Of a stretch of DNA of 64,000 nt, positions 36,801-48,976 are shown in pieces. Numbering within the stretch: position 1 is the first letter of the stretch; each line of letters opens with the position of its first letter. Origin of the DNA: Camelus ferus. Lineage: Eukaryota. The stretch spans positions 2,048,001-2,112,000 of the forward strand of contig NC_045698.1 in NCBI RefSeq assembly GCF_009834535.1, written 5' to 3'. Position numbers and translations under genes: made by a program. The notes below the pieces were generated by a model. The model saw only the letters and a program-made list of their open reading frames with translations, searched no databases and had not been told where the DNA came from.

Positions 36801-37000
36801 GGGGTGGGCTCCAGGCCCAGGGGCTGGGCTGGTAGGCTTGGAGCCGGGCTGCCCTCCACACCTCGTGCCTGTCCAGTCTCCGCCCATCACGCCTGCAGCA
36901 TCCTCGCCAGAGATGCCCGTTTCAATGGAAACCTGATGCTGGAGCTGCGCTCAGGAGGCCCCCGTGCTTTCATTGCTCGTGGGATGCGCGTGGGGCCCTT
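33840..37000 (+). mobile_element. Highly degraded ERV-L internal region (gag C-term, protease, RT, RNase H, integrase, possible dUTPase)
   Basis: Colinear translated fragments across frames resemble recalled ERV-L Pol: 'FGVTANGGKG..GTPVTGPE' (~FTRVTVHWGKG..GLLDTGSE), 'TPDAVATADVVSLLKQI..AADL' (~TPIAAAVPDVVSLLEQI..AIDL), 'GTFLALPRG' (~YTFTVLPQG), 'RPELPV', 'SVVRWKW' (~SIIKWKW), 'GEGTSSRWA' (~GEGKSSQWA), 'VGRGGGSVW' (~GGRDGGYAW). Many frameshifts and stops; ends are approximate. Confidence 0.75.
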
Positions 37001-37065
37001 AGCAGGCGCCCCAAGGCCCTCACGGTGCCCCGGCCACCCTCGAGCCCCCAGATCCCCACTTCCAT

Positions 37066-37187
37066 CTGGCGTGTGACAGGTGACAGGCGAGCCCTTCCCC
37101 TCTCTTGGCCCCCAGCTCTCCACCTCCACCTGATGTGTGACAGGTGACAGGTGACTGGTGACTGGTGGGCTCTTCCCCTCTTGGCCA
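37066..37187. repeat. Tandem ~65-bp duplication containing (GTGACAG)n 7-mers
   Basis: 'gtgtgacaggtgacagg...ttcccctc(tc)ttggcc' occurs twice. The second copy has extra gtgactg units. Confidence 0.8.
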
Positions 37188-40100
37188 AACGCGTCTCACC
37201 TGCTGCTCTCCTGGAACGCCCCTCCCATCACACACCTGGATGACGTGCTGCTGGACCTCTCCGGTGTGCGTGTGCGTGTGACTCCAGGTGTGCCCCAGGA
37301 TCGCCTGTCTCTGAGCTGCCCGCCCCAGACTCGGGCCTCGGGCAGCCCTGCCGGCTTCTCCACTCTGCGCCTCCAGGACTGGCACGCAAGTTGCCTGAGA
37401 CAGACTTGTGGACTTTAATTGGATGGCCAACGAATAGTTACAGCACAAGACAGCCCAGTGCAGGTGCCCTGCAGTGATGGAGAAGGCTCTGGAGTTCCGG
37501 GAGACAGAAGTCAAGTCTAGGGCACTTGCAGCCTCGTGGGAGAGGCGGAGGAGGGCCCATCGGCTGGAGAGGACTGTGACCGGAGGGCCTGGGGCGAGGG
37601 AGCTTCAGAGGGAGTAGATGCCACGCGTGGAGATTTGGAGCGAACACAAGGCGGAACCAGACCTGCACCCAGGCAGGTGCCCCTCCCTGCTGGCACGCCC
37701 CCCCCCAGACCCCCCTCTGCCTCCTGGTTCCCTTGACCTCCGCGAGCACACGGGCCCCAGGAGGGCTGGAGCCGGTTTCCCAGAGGCTGGCGCTGCCGGC
37801 ACCGAGCCCAGCTGCCCCCCGAAGTCCCTTCCGGCACCAGCTCTCCCTGACCAGCACTCGCTGCCCTCACCATGCGGCACCTGGGACCCTCAGTGAGCTT
37901 TCTTATCCCAAAAAGGCAGCCCTCCCCACCTCCCTCACGGACGTGAAGTCCCGAGCAGTCAGATGCCGAGTGCGCGGTTCGGACCACGGGAAATACCGAT
38001 AAACGGCAGCTACTTTCTGCTAACATTAGAAACGCTGGCTTCCAGGGCGACCTGTGACAAACTGCAACTCAGGGGCGACTGATCTGAGCAATAGACAGGC
38101 TGCCCGGACCTCCGACCTTTCAGCTCTTGGCAACGGCAGCCGGGACAGGAAAACACAGCTGTCGGGGGACAGGGCTCCGAGAAAGTGAGCGACGGAGCCG
38201 CTCACCGCGGCTGGGGTCGATTTCTCTGGCCGGGAATCGTCTCAAACCGCTGGCCTCGCTGGCCTTGCCCGGCCCCCAGAAGCAGGCACAGGAGCCGGGG
38301 GGCGGTCTCTGCGGTGGTCCCCGCCGTCCCGAGGTAGGGGGTGTTGGCGACGGTTTTGGCAGCCCACACGCGGGTGGCACCCAGGAGTGCCGGGAGGGCG
38401 GACGGTGCCCAGAAGCCCCACCGGGCGCTGGCGTCGCGGGGTGAGCGTGGTTTGTGGCCTCCAACCCTGTTAAGCCCTATTAGAAGGTAGTTAGTGAAAT
38501 GAAGTGCTGAAAATTATCTAGCTGTCTTGAGACGTGTTGATGGCCAATTGAGACAATTTAAACCTTCAAGGGAAATTTAGGTCCTTAATTACATTGCATC
38601 ACTTTGCGTTCAAGTCCACGTCATTGTCAACTCTGTTCTCCCGCTGCGGGCGTGGGAGCACGGTGGCACCACAATACAGGCCAAATTTAAATAGAAGCTT
38701 TATATTCTGAGGTTTTTTTTCCCCCTATTCTTATTTTTAGGAAAGTGAAGAGGAAAGATTCGTTTCAGGAAACTGGCACGTGGCTTCACGGCACCGTTTT
38801 GAGGGAATATTCCATCTCCCCAATCCCCCCATCCCCGGAACAACTGCCGTAGGAGGCACGCCCAGAATGGGCGCCCACAGCAGGGCCAGCTGGTCCGGGC
38901 TGAGGACAGTCATGGAAGGCTTCTTGGGGGAAGTGGCATCTCCACAGCAGCATAAAGATTAGGTTTTATGGACAGAAACCCACTTAGGGTAAGAGAGCTC
39001 AGTTAGAACCCCATCACCCCTGCCTGTTGTTGAAATGGAAAGAGAAGGCCTTTGACAGGCGAGGACGTTCTCAGGTCTCCAACTCTTTTCTCACTTTTGA
39101 GAGCGACGGCCGTCGGTTGGGGCTTCTGGATTAGCAGGAGGCACTCATGTTTCCAGCACAGACAGGCAGTCAGGAAAAGGACAAACATCCTTTACACCAA
39201 GTCCGAAGGTTTGGGGACATGGTTCCCGAGCTTCTGAAGACAAACCTGAGATAAGCGGGGCCCCGCCTGCGGCTCGCCAGGCTCCCCGAGGGGAGCAGGG
39301 GCAGGTGCACCGACGGGACCCGCCCCACGGCACCAGGAGAAGGGCTCTCAGGGGCCGAGGAGGTGTTCTGTGAACCATTCTGCTCAGAGTCCCATGTCCC
39401 AGCCTCTGTGCTCCCCCGACGTGAAGTGTGGGCCCTGGAGCGGCAGTGGGTGCCCGTGAGAATCCGCGTGGAGGGGGCCTGGGGCCATGAAGGTCGGGTG
39501 ACTGGTTTCTCCTGTAACTGTTGTGGGAACTCCGGGGACCACGCCTGGTGACACGGGAGTCTCAGCCACACTGGCTGGGAGAGGGCGGGGCAGGTCAAGG
39601 GCCAGGAGGCTGGTGCTCTTGGGGCTGCAGCCAGGGGTCCCTTGGATGGAGGCACCACTCGCTTCCCCGTCTTCCTCCTTTCCCCCCAGGAGATACTGGG
39701 GCGGCACAGCCAGAGGGCTGCTGTCCTCAGTGACCTCAAAGTAGGTGGAGTGGGCAGAGCCATCTAATCAGGTCATTACGCCTGGCAAGATGCCGGGTCC
39801 AGAGAGGGACCAGCTTGACTTCTTGCAACAAATACGCATCACACTGTGACCCATGCCAGGAGAGGGCTGCCTGACAGCTTTCCATCCCCATCCTCTTGCC
39901 CTCCGGCCTTGGCCCTTCTCCACAGTGTCCTCTCCTCTCCCAGATCTGTCCTCTCTCTCCTCATGCAAGGCAGGTCTTCCTTGACAATCACTGTCTCTCC
40001 AGACACTCAAAGACGTGGTAGAAACCAACCTGAGTGTGCAGCTTCATGGACAAGCGCAGGACGGCTCCCTGCGCCGTCTTCCAAGCGGCTGTAAGTGGAC

Positions 40101-42149
40101 GCGGTGTCCACCTGTACTCACCGTGCACCTCGTTGCTGAGTGCAGAGGGCAGCCCTGAGCCGTCAGCCTCCCAGGCTCTCACACAGTCACTCTTGCCACC
40201 AGGATGTACTCTGTGTGTTTCAAAACACGTCCCTGTGGGTTCTTGTCCTTTTATGTGTCTGTGCTGTTCGTTGTGTCCGAACTGATGATGAAATCCAAAT
40301 GATGAAAAGTACGTGATTTTCTCGACGCCAGGAGCAAGGCGGTGAGTCCAGGCTGGCAAGCGGGGCACGAGCGCCTCCGCAGAGGGAGCGGCTGGCTCTG
40401 CGGCTCGGCTGGCTGAGCGCGAGGGCAGCACGTGCCCGGGGCCGGCCCGCGTGCAGGTCTTTCCTTTTAACTCTCAACCTTCTTGCTGGGAACACCAAGC
40501 ACCACGTTGCGGCAGCTCGCGCAGCCTGCAGGAGAGGGCGGTTTCAGGCTTAGCGAGCCTTTTCGTGAGTCCTGGGGGAAGCGTGTGTCCTCGCCCCAGG
40601 TTGCCGTGAGAACCAATGAGCCGAGGCATCCGAGGCCCCGGTGCGGTGCCCGGCACGTGGCACGGCGCACGCTCAGCGAGTGGCCCAGACGGTCACGACA
40701 TTACCGACTGCCATGGCCCGGGTACAGGGTCCTGGCCAGGCCCCCTTTGCCAGCCGTCAGCCCCCCTGGAGCACATCCTAAGAGCCAGGTGCCCCTTGGA
40801 TGCTGTGGATCCAAAGGTAAACAGGGTACGCTTTTTGCTCCAACGCTCACCCTCTAGCAGGTCCTGCCACGGAGAGATGATGGTGCGGCCCAGGGCCGTG
40901 CAGGGATGTGAGCGTCACTTCTTCTGCAAGAAACGTCGTGAACGGCTGGGCCCTCCTCTGCCTGGGGCCCCTTCCATCGCTCGCCCGAAACCCCAGTGTC
41001 AAGGCCGCAGGGTAGGGGACCCCTCCTGTCACCCACGTCCCAGGCAGGACCACAGGGACACGGCGTCCTGGGAGCTGCCACACTGGACCATATCCAAAGC
41101 TTTCTAAGTGTTAGTTTTTGTTGTGTTTCTCCCTGAGGGTGTCCAGGTTGGCAGGATGGAAAACAGGGATGGAACCTCTGACCAAGGAGGCTCCCGGGCA
41201 CCTCTCCATCTTCAAAACCACGCAGGGCTGGGCAGGCAGCAGCAGAGTGAGGGAGGGAGCCCTGGCACTGCCCGTGTGTCCTCCCAGGAGCCCACGGAGG
41301 CTCCCTGCACGCACGTGTCCAGGAGCTGTCCTACACCCACAGGCTCGCCCCCCGTGGGCTTCGGGTCTTGCTCCAGGAATGGACGCACGAGTGCGGGACA
41401 GAGCCGGGCGGCAGGGGCACATCTCACCTTTCACAGGAGTGAGATGCTTGCACGGCTGGGGGAGCTGAGCTCAGAGCATCGCCAGCTGCTTCTCTTCCCA
41501 CCTCTGTCTGGGGCAGAGCTTTCCCTGGGCTCAAATCTGCAGGTGGCCTCCTGACCTGACCACCTCGATTCTGGCCCATGTGGACAGCACCCGGGCTGCT
41601 CCCACGCATCCTGGCACAGCTAGCGTCCAGAGGAAGGACACTTCCCCAACCTCTAGAGAGTGTGAGCGTGGGCAGCTCCCTGGCAGAAAGCGGGCGTCTC
41701 GCTGACCTGGGGTCTGCTGGCCGTAAGCTCTGACCTGCACGCCGTGGCCAGGGGACTTCAGCATCCGTCAGGGGTCCCAGCCCAGATTGGGGAGGGCTGG
41801 GACCAGTTGGAAGGTGGAAGCCGATGACAGTGGTGGGCAGTTCGGGAAGACATCGCCGTGGCCTCCTTCACTGTCTGGTTTTCGCCTTAGAAATCATCCA
41901 CAGAGACAGCACTGCGCATGCAGCCAGGAGTGGAGCAGAGGAATTTCACAGTAAACATGCCTTTTCCTTTTCAAGGAGCCTGATGCATTATGACCCGCTC
42001 GGAATTCAACGCCACCATACTCTGTTTCAACATTAGATGACATCATCGTAGACACTTCATGCTGTTTTTGTCTGTGGTTCCGAATTACATCTGCTTAATC
42101 AATCCCATTATGCATTCGGCGTCCACGACACATCAAAGGCTGGTAACGC

Positions 42150-42900
42150 TTTTTTTTTTTAAACTTTGCTTGCTTAAAATGATTTCCCTCCAGATCAAGA
42201 TGCAGAGCACAAAATATTAATCAGTTTAAATAAATATCAAGACTACCCAAATAATATGAATAATTGGCGCAGAATAGCTCCTACTGCCCAGTTCTCAACA
42301 GCTGGTCACGCTGGCGCGGGGCACCCCCTCAACAGCCTTTTAGATAATGACTTTGGCATCTGTCGATGAGCACTTGCTACTGCCCACAGAATTTACAACT
42401 CACAAGTGGGAAGCAGGGGCTCCGACAGAACTTTTTTATGCAAGGTCTTTGAAATTTATTAATGTAATGCAAACACAAGCCTTCCAACCCATTAAATTGT
42501 TGATGTTATGCGAATCCACTCTGGAATGGCAGGTCCTCATTAACATTATTTGCATGTTAATCTGCATCTTTTTAATTAGTGATATTATTTATGCACATAA
42601 TTTTCGCCTACTGGTGCCAAGGCTGAAGTGCATTAATTAATCTACTGAGATGCCAAACTGTTTATTTTCTCCCGCACTTTTATTTGTTTACATGGTGTTT
42701 TGGATTCAGGGAAAATAAAAAAGAGCCTGAAGAATAAAAGCAGAAAGACAAGATTAACTAAAAGCTCTTTTTGTTTTCATAATTTAAATTGTAATATTAG
42801 CCAAATGTTGTGCTTCTTCCCTTAGAGATCGGTTATTCAGTTACATTACCTTGATGTATTATTAAAATTTCTAATGGACTCCAGAGGCCTCTGTTAGTTC
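42150..42900. promoter_or_regulatory. Candidate conserved non-coding element (POU/homeodomain-rich)
   Basis: AT-rich, repeat-free island with ATTTGCAT (42548-42555), octamer variants ATGCAAAC and ATGCGAAT, and TTAATTA/TTAATTAAT cores. Confidence 0.45.
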
Positions 42901-45157
42901 TCTCCTTCATTTACAGAATATACTCAATGTTATTTTAATCTTCCTACAACGCTTCCATGCATAGGCAATGATGAGCCATCCCCAGCGAGTCACGGCGCGG
43001 CTCCACTTTGCACAACTGATAAACATTTAAATAAGCCTTTTCAAAAAAGAATAGCTAGTAAAATTATTAACCCGTTGATGGAGTCCGTCGCTGCTCAGTG
43101 GTTCTTCTTTCCTGAAAATAGGTCAGTCGTAAAGTGCGTTGGACTCGGCGCCGTAGAGCCCCTCTCATCCCTGAGCCCCACCATGATTAGCAGGCGTTAT
43201 CCAGGATCATGAATCCACTCGTGTGCAGCCCCGAGCGCTTAAGGTGCGTGATTAAAAACGGTGTGCGCTCTCTATGCTAGGTGCGCGTGCTTTCCCAGCC
43301 AGGAGGAGAAAGGGACACTGTACACCACTGGGCCTTGTAATAAATGACAACCTCATTCCAAAACAGCTCGCATTCCAGGGGAGCGAAAGTAAAACATTGC
43401 ATTCCACTAGCCACACATTTATTATTTATACCACATCAGAGAGCGTACCGAGGCGCCGTGCGTAACGATGCTCTGGCAAGCATCAGTCCCGTCAGTGGAG
43501 GGGCCCCGGACGCGCTTCCAGCATCAGTGTCCCTGGGATACAGGGTGACGCCCCTGGCTCTCCACCTCACACCTGCCTCCCCCATAGCTGCCCCCAGGTT
43601 TTCTCCAGTTGAACACGACCTCGTGTCCCCCGAGTGACACGCTCTATCATCCCTCCTGGAGTAAATCAGGACAGTGGTCCCATGTTTTAATAAGATGGCT
43701 GAAATCTATGGGGCGTGACAGCTCGGGGGAGTGGGTTAGCCCAAGTTCCCCCTCTGTTCTCTGCCGTTTGAATAGCACACAGTGCCAGGTCGTAGTCCAT
43801 TTGTCAAATGACTTCAAGTCACGTGCTGCCTCCCGGTTCACAGAAGGGTCGAGAAGAGGGATTGGGTCCTGGTGTGTGCGGAAGTTCAGGGGCTGGGCAG
43901 GGTGAGGGTCTCCGGGTACAAACTGGGCGTCTCAGCCCATGTTTCTCAAGTATCCTGGAGAAGGGGGACCCCCGGGACGATAAGCTTTGTTTGTTTGTTT
44001 GTTGTGAGCAGCAGTCAGGATATAGCTTTTCATTAGCTAGTTTTTATGGGGGGGGGGGTTGGAGAATAAATGCTGTTGATGAAAGTTTAAATAAAAGAAT
44101 TTAAGACAAAAGTGAAACAGCTTCTTCTTAAGCCTTGACTAAAAGTACTGGGTTTTTTCCCAGAATGTTCTATGAATATGTGAGCCTGTATTGATGAAAA
44201 ACAGGACTGTTACGCCTGCACTGCTGCAACAGTGCGCACCGGGCGTCTTCCAAGGTGCGTGTTGCCTTGTGTGGTTCTGGACCCAGCGGAGTTTCAGCCT
44301 GGGGCTGCGTCCGCGGGGAAGGGCACCTCTGGGGCTGCTGGGGGGTGGGGGTTCCCACCAGGACGGGCTCTCAGGTTGATGAGCTACATTTAGTAAGAAT
44401 ATTTTAAATTTGTCATACTTCCCAGGATGTGATATGAGAAAACCGTCCAGAAAAGACTAGAAGGTGAGCCAGTAGAAGACACATCCTGTGATTTGACCAT
44501 CGCTTTGGAGCAGTGGTGCAACGTCAGTGTTCATACACATGAAGCCAGGAAAGCATCGTGCAGTTGTACAAACTGTGCACAAGAAGGTCGTGTGACGGAG
44601 GAAACGGAAGAGGAGCAGCGGCCCTCTGGGCTGCCCCAGGCGGCTGCTGTCCCGGCTGACGCTGCAGTGGCTTCGGGGTCTGGAGTCCGGGCTGAGTGCA
44701 GAACCAGGCCAGTGTAGGTTGATCCCAAAGTCTCAGGGCCAAGATGGAGTGGGGGGTGCTTTCTATGTGCTTGTCAAGTGTGGAATTACGTGAGTATGTG
44801 AGACTGGACCTCGAGAAGCATGAAGATTAGGTCTGATCGGCTCCTTACGGAACAAGAAGCTTCTGGGGTTTCTCACCGGGGCGAGGGGACTTGCAGACCC
44901 CGGGCTAGAGGCCACAAAGTTTGGATCTATGCCCTTCGTGCTGGGATCACGGCCCTTGTCCTCTGCCTGCCTCTGTCATTGGGCCAACGGAGGTTTTCTT
45001 CCAAATACTTGCTGGGGAAGGTTAAATTCTCTGCTCAGGACCAGGCCCTGACCCTCACTGAGATGCTGGGGCTGTGGGCAAAGGCCCTTCGCGGAGCAGC
45101 CCCGCATCTTGTCCGGGGGGCTTGTTTGTGCAATTGTGAATTATCAATGTGTATGTA

Positions 45158-45370
45158 AATGAGGTATATTCATACGCAGTAATGTAAATGTATACGCACA
45201 TTACTCACGCAGTGTGTTCTGCTACACGTAACAGCACACATTGCACCTGTTATTGAAAACATGCTATATTTACCCCACCTCACTCTGAGCAAGGAGGCTC
45301 CCTGTGTGCATCGGGGGTCCCCTCCTGCCCACCCCGTAGCCCAGGGCAACCCTCTGTCTGCGATGCCTGC
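45158..45370 (-). mobile_element. Old L1M (L1MC/ME-like) 3' end relic
   Basis: 'aatgaggtatattcatacgcagtaatgtaaatg...aggaggctccctgtgtgc...cccagggcaaccctctgt' follows the antisense L1M 3' UTR pattern. Confidence 0.4.
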
Positions 45371-46103
45371 CTTCCAGCCCCCCAGAGCGCATCCCCACCC
45401 TGAGGATTGCCCAGAGAGCCTTCACCATCACAGACACCAGGGCCTGGCCCGTAGGGACTCCACTCAGCTGGCCTGGATGGGGACCTGGGCACTGCGGCTT
45501 TGCCCGCTGCAGCCTTAGCAAAACCCGCCCAGCTCTGAGAGCTCAGCGCGGAGTCACCAGCCAGCTGGCACTGCCCGCGCTCCCTGTACCACGGCCCGCT
45601 TCTCAGGGCCCCCACGGCCCCTCCCCCGGACTGGCCTCCCCCGCTGTCTCCCAGCCAGACGGGAGGGACAGGGGCTGCTGCCTGCTGGGTCACCTGTGCG
45701 CGCCCAGCACAAGCCATGAGCCCAGCTGTGGTGGGCACTCGAGGACGTCTCTGTTAAGAGCCCTGAGCGCACGTGACCTTCCGGCTACTGGACTAAGTTA
45801 AGATGTATCATGTACACACTTCTCTTCACATTTCCCAGCGTTGACTCGGATGCTCTCCGCAAAGCCTGTGGTAAACCCCACGGGGCATGAGCGTGCATTT
45901 GGTAGATGCGGCTGGTCCAAGAGCAGTGTCACGTTGACCTGAGGTCACAATCTGCCCTGCCCCCCGCCCCAGTCTGGTCCTTCCTCGCCGTCCCACCCAC
46001 GAGACCCTGCTGCTATCCAGCTGCTTTCAAAGCAGTTGCGTTGAGAATTGAGATCCACAGAGAACTGAGAATTTTTATAAAATATTCTCTTTCAACATTT
46101 AAA

Positions 46104-46166
46104 ATCAGACACACACACATGCGCATCAGATACACACACACGGGCATCAGATACACACATGTGTGC
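46104..46166. repeat. 21-bp tandem repeat, 3 copies
   Basis: atcagaYacacacacaYgNgc-type units start at 46104, 46125 and 46146. Confidence 0.85.
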
Positions 46167-46854
46167 ATGTATGTAATGACTGTACGCATATAACCTGTGA
46201 TGTTTATGTATATTTCATACATTTTTTGAAAAAAAGAAGAATTCTAATCCTTCCTGAAAAGGAAAGGTGGCCATCGTGGTCACGGTCCCGGGGTGACCTA
46301 ATACGTCTGTACTTCTTAGGGTCCATACGGCTTCACTGCTGTGTTTGTGAGCCGCCGTGTATGCTCTGGGCATGCGTCCTGTAGCTAGACCACATGTGTC
46401 CCCACGTCCCCTTCAGACAGGGATGCCCACCCATCAAGTTCCTTTCTTCAATTCCTCCTGAGACCCAGGGCCTAGGGCGTGCTGAGGACACAGTGACTGT
46501 GGCCCCGGCCCCTCAGTGTAAGCCGCTCACCTGCTTGCTTGTGTCCGAGGCTGAGCAGTTAAGACACACCTTGGAGGAACGGCCCTTCACGCATGTGTCC
46601 AGACGAGCTGGTGGGTGTGCCTCAGAAAAGAACCCACAGCCCTGTCCCATCGGTACATGACGTCTGAACAGCCGCCCAGGTAGGGTGCGACCAGCCCTGC
46701 AGAGAGCCTTTAGCAGGCACGTGTCTCTGAGGACAGCACAGGCAGAAGGAAGATGAAATGGGCAACAATACGGGACTGACTTTTAATTACCAAAGTATTT
46801 TCCGCTTTGTCAAAATGCCTTATTCTTGCAGTGTTTCGGCGGTTTATCTGCTCC

Positions 46855-46975
46855 TTCTCCCATTCCCTGACCCCTTCAGCAAGTACAGTGCTCTGGGCGT
46901 TAGGAATCGGGACATGGGGAGGGGGGGCAGACAAACCCCTGTGCCCTCAGGCAGTTGTCTGGGGGGCGGCGTTGT
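46855..46975 (-). mobile_element. L2 3' end relic
   Basis: 'cattccctgaccccttcagcaagtacagtgctctgggcgttaggaa...agacaaacccctgtgccctcaggcag' resembles the antisense L2 terminus. Confidence 0.4.
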
Positions 46976-48812
46976 GAGACGGGAGCATCCTCAAGAGTTC
47001 GCGTCTGCGGTCTTCTGGCCCCTGGTCTTAGGCAGGTGGAGGCACTGGGACAAAGCCTTGGACAACGTGTCCACACGTGGCCTGAGTCCCGGGCACCCTG
47101 AGTCCAGCTGGGGGGTTTCCTTGCAAGGAAAGAGCAGACTTGCTCCACTGTCCTTATGTGTACCCTCTGACCTCTCCAAGCCTCCGCTCAGTCCTGTTTG
47201 AAAGCCCACCTTCCATGAAGCAGCCTTGCGTTTTGGCTGCAGATGCGCCGTTCTGTGACGGATTCTGCTCAAATCCCCCTTACGGCGGGCACGCTCAGGT
47301 GAGAGTGGCATTTGCACTTGGCGTCTCAGTTTACAGCCTCTTTAATTATGCCTGGTCTCCGAAGCACTTACCCGGGGCTCTTAAATAGAGCTGGCCCTTT
47401 TTATTTAATTTCATTTGCCTGTTAGTGCTTGGAGAGGATCCAGCAAAGCACTTGGGTAAATTCAATAAAGCTCATCCCACAATTAATACAGGGCCCGATG
47501 ACAACGGCTGCCGGTCCTTTAAAAGGAGCTTCGAGATTCGACTGGAGGCACCGACGTTCCAGGGAGTTAGGTAACAGGAGTTGGAGCGAATAGATGAAAT
47601 CACATATTACACAGTGCATAATTAGTCAGCTTGAAAGGTGGACTAGTCTACTATGAAACCCAATCAGAGTCTTGGGGAGATTTGCACAACTGAATTTGCA
47701 CTGGGAAGCTGTGGATTGCCTTGGGATAAATTACTGGTTTCCCCAGTTTCATCACACAAGTTGAGACAGCGTGGAGCTTTATTTTAGGTTTTGTTTCACT
47801 CTCCCGTTTTTAGCCGTGCTGTAATTTGGAGCTAGCTACGGATGGAGTGAGGAGCATTACGTGGGCTCTTCCTATTCCCCTTGTGAGTCTAGGAATAGGT
47901 ATTTCTTTTTAAAAAATATCATTATTAGTTATACACTACGTGGTTTCAGGGACCTCTGATTTATGATCATCAAGGTTTACCGAGTTAAGTAAAGCTGAAA
48001 GATAATCAAACAGAGTGGTGGCCACAATTTCAAGGAAAAATAATCCCGCCATATCCACTGTGGACACATTCGAAGTGTGCACGACACGTACGTGTTTCCA
48101 CAGGGTCCTCAGCCAAGACCATCCGTCTCAAGAAGCTCTAAGTAGAAAGTGTGGATCTATGTTCCGAGCAGGAAAATAAACTCTGCACACTCAGCTGCAT
48201 CCAAGACACTGCTGACGCTGTTATTTCATTAATAACTCATTTCCGGTTGTCAAAAGCAATCGGCGTGGTAGTTCTCTCCTCAGTCCTGTTTATTATAAAT
48301 CACTTTGCAACCATACTCTATTTTGCAGAGAATGAAAAGCAAAACCATTCTCTGTCAGCTGGAATTAAGAGTCGGGAAGCTATAGTCTTTCAGAAATGGA
48401 AACAGGTAAATTAGCATATGGAAATCTGCTCCAAACATCAACCCACGCCTGTCGACATAGGAAAATGAAATAACGTGTATTCAGGCGCAGAGATTAAAGT
48501 TACTTGAAGCATTTCCTAATTGTTCCTGCTGGTTAATAAGAAAGTCCTGTTGGAGTACTGTCAAGTTGTTGATTTTTCTTTTTAAATCTCAGTTGGGGCT
48601 TGTACTACATATAAAATAGGTATTTCCGAGGAATCCTCACAAGAACGCAAAGCTGGTTAAATCGGAACATAACGATGTAACAATATGCTAATCCTAGTTT
48701 CAGACCTTTTAAAATCCTCTTGTTTACGATTATAATACAATTTTTATTTATGTGTGTTTACTTCTGTCCAAGGGAGCGAGACATCTCCGGACCGAGGTCC
48801 CAGGTGAGCACA

Positions 48813-48976
48813 GGTGGCGGGGCCCTGCTGGTGGGCGGGGTCCTGCTGGTGGGCGGGGCCCTGCTGGTGGGCGGGGTCCTGCTGGTGGGCGGGGTCCTGC
48901 TGGGGTTGGGGCAGGTCCTGCTGGTGGGTGGAGTCCTGCTGGTGGGCGGGGTCCTGCTGGTGGGCGGGGCCCTGCT
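48813..48976. repeat. 18-bp G-rich minisatellite (VNTR), 9 units
   Basis: Unit GGTGGGCGGGG(T/C)CCTGCT. Unit 1 is 17 bp, unit 6 is a 21-bp variant, and unit 7 has substitutions. Confidence 0.95.

Noticed and set aside
33840..37000. Domesticated or functional retroviral gene
   Set aside because: Many frameshifts and stops. The RT catalytic YxDD position reads SVSD and the protease DTG position reads VTG.
40285..40420. C/D-box snoRNA (two ATGATGA motifs)
   Set aside because: No well-placed D box with a terminal stem and no recognisable guide sequence.
48813..48976. CRISPR array or bacterial Chi-site system
   Set aside because: The units are head-to-tail with no unique spacers, there are no cas genes, and the context is mammalian.
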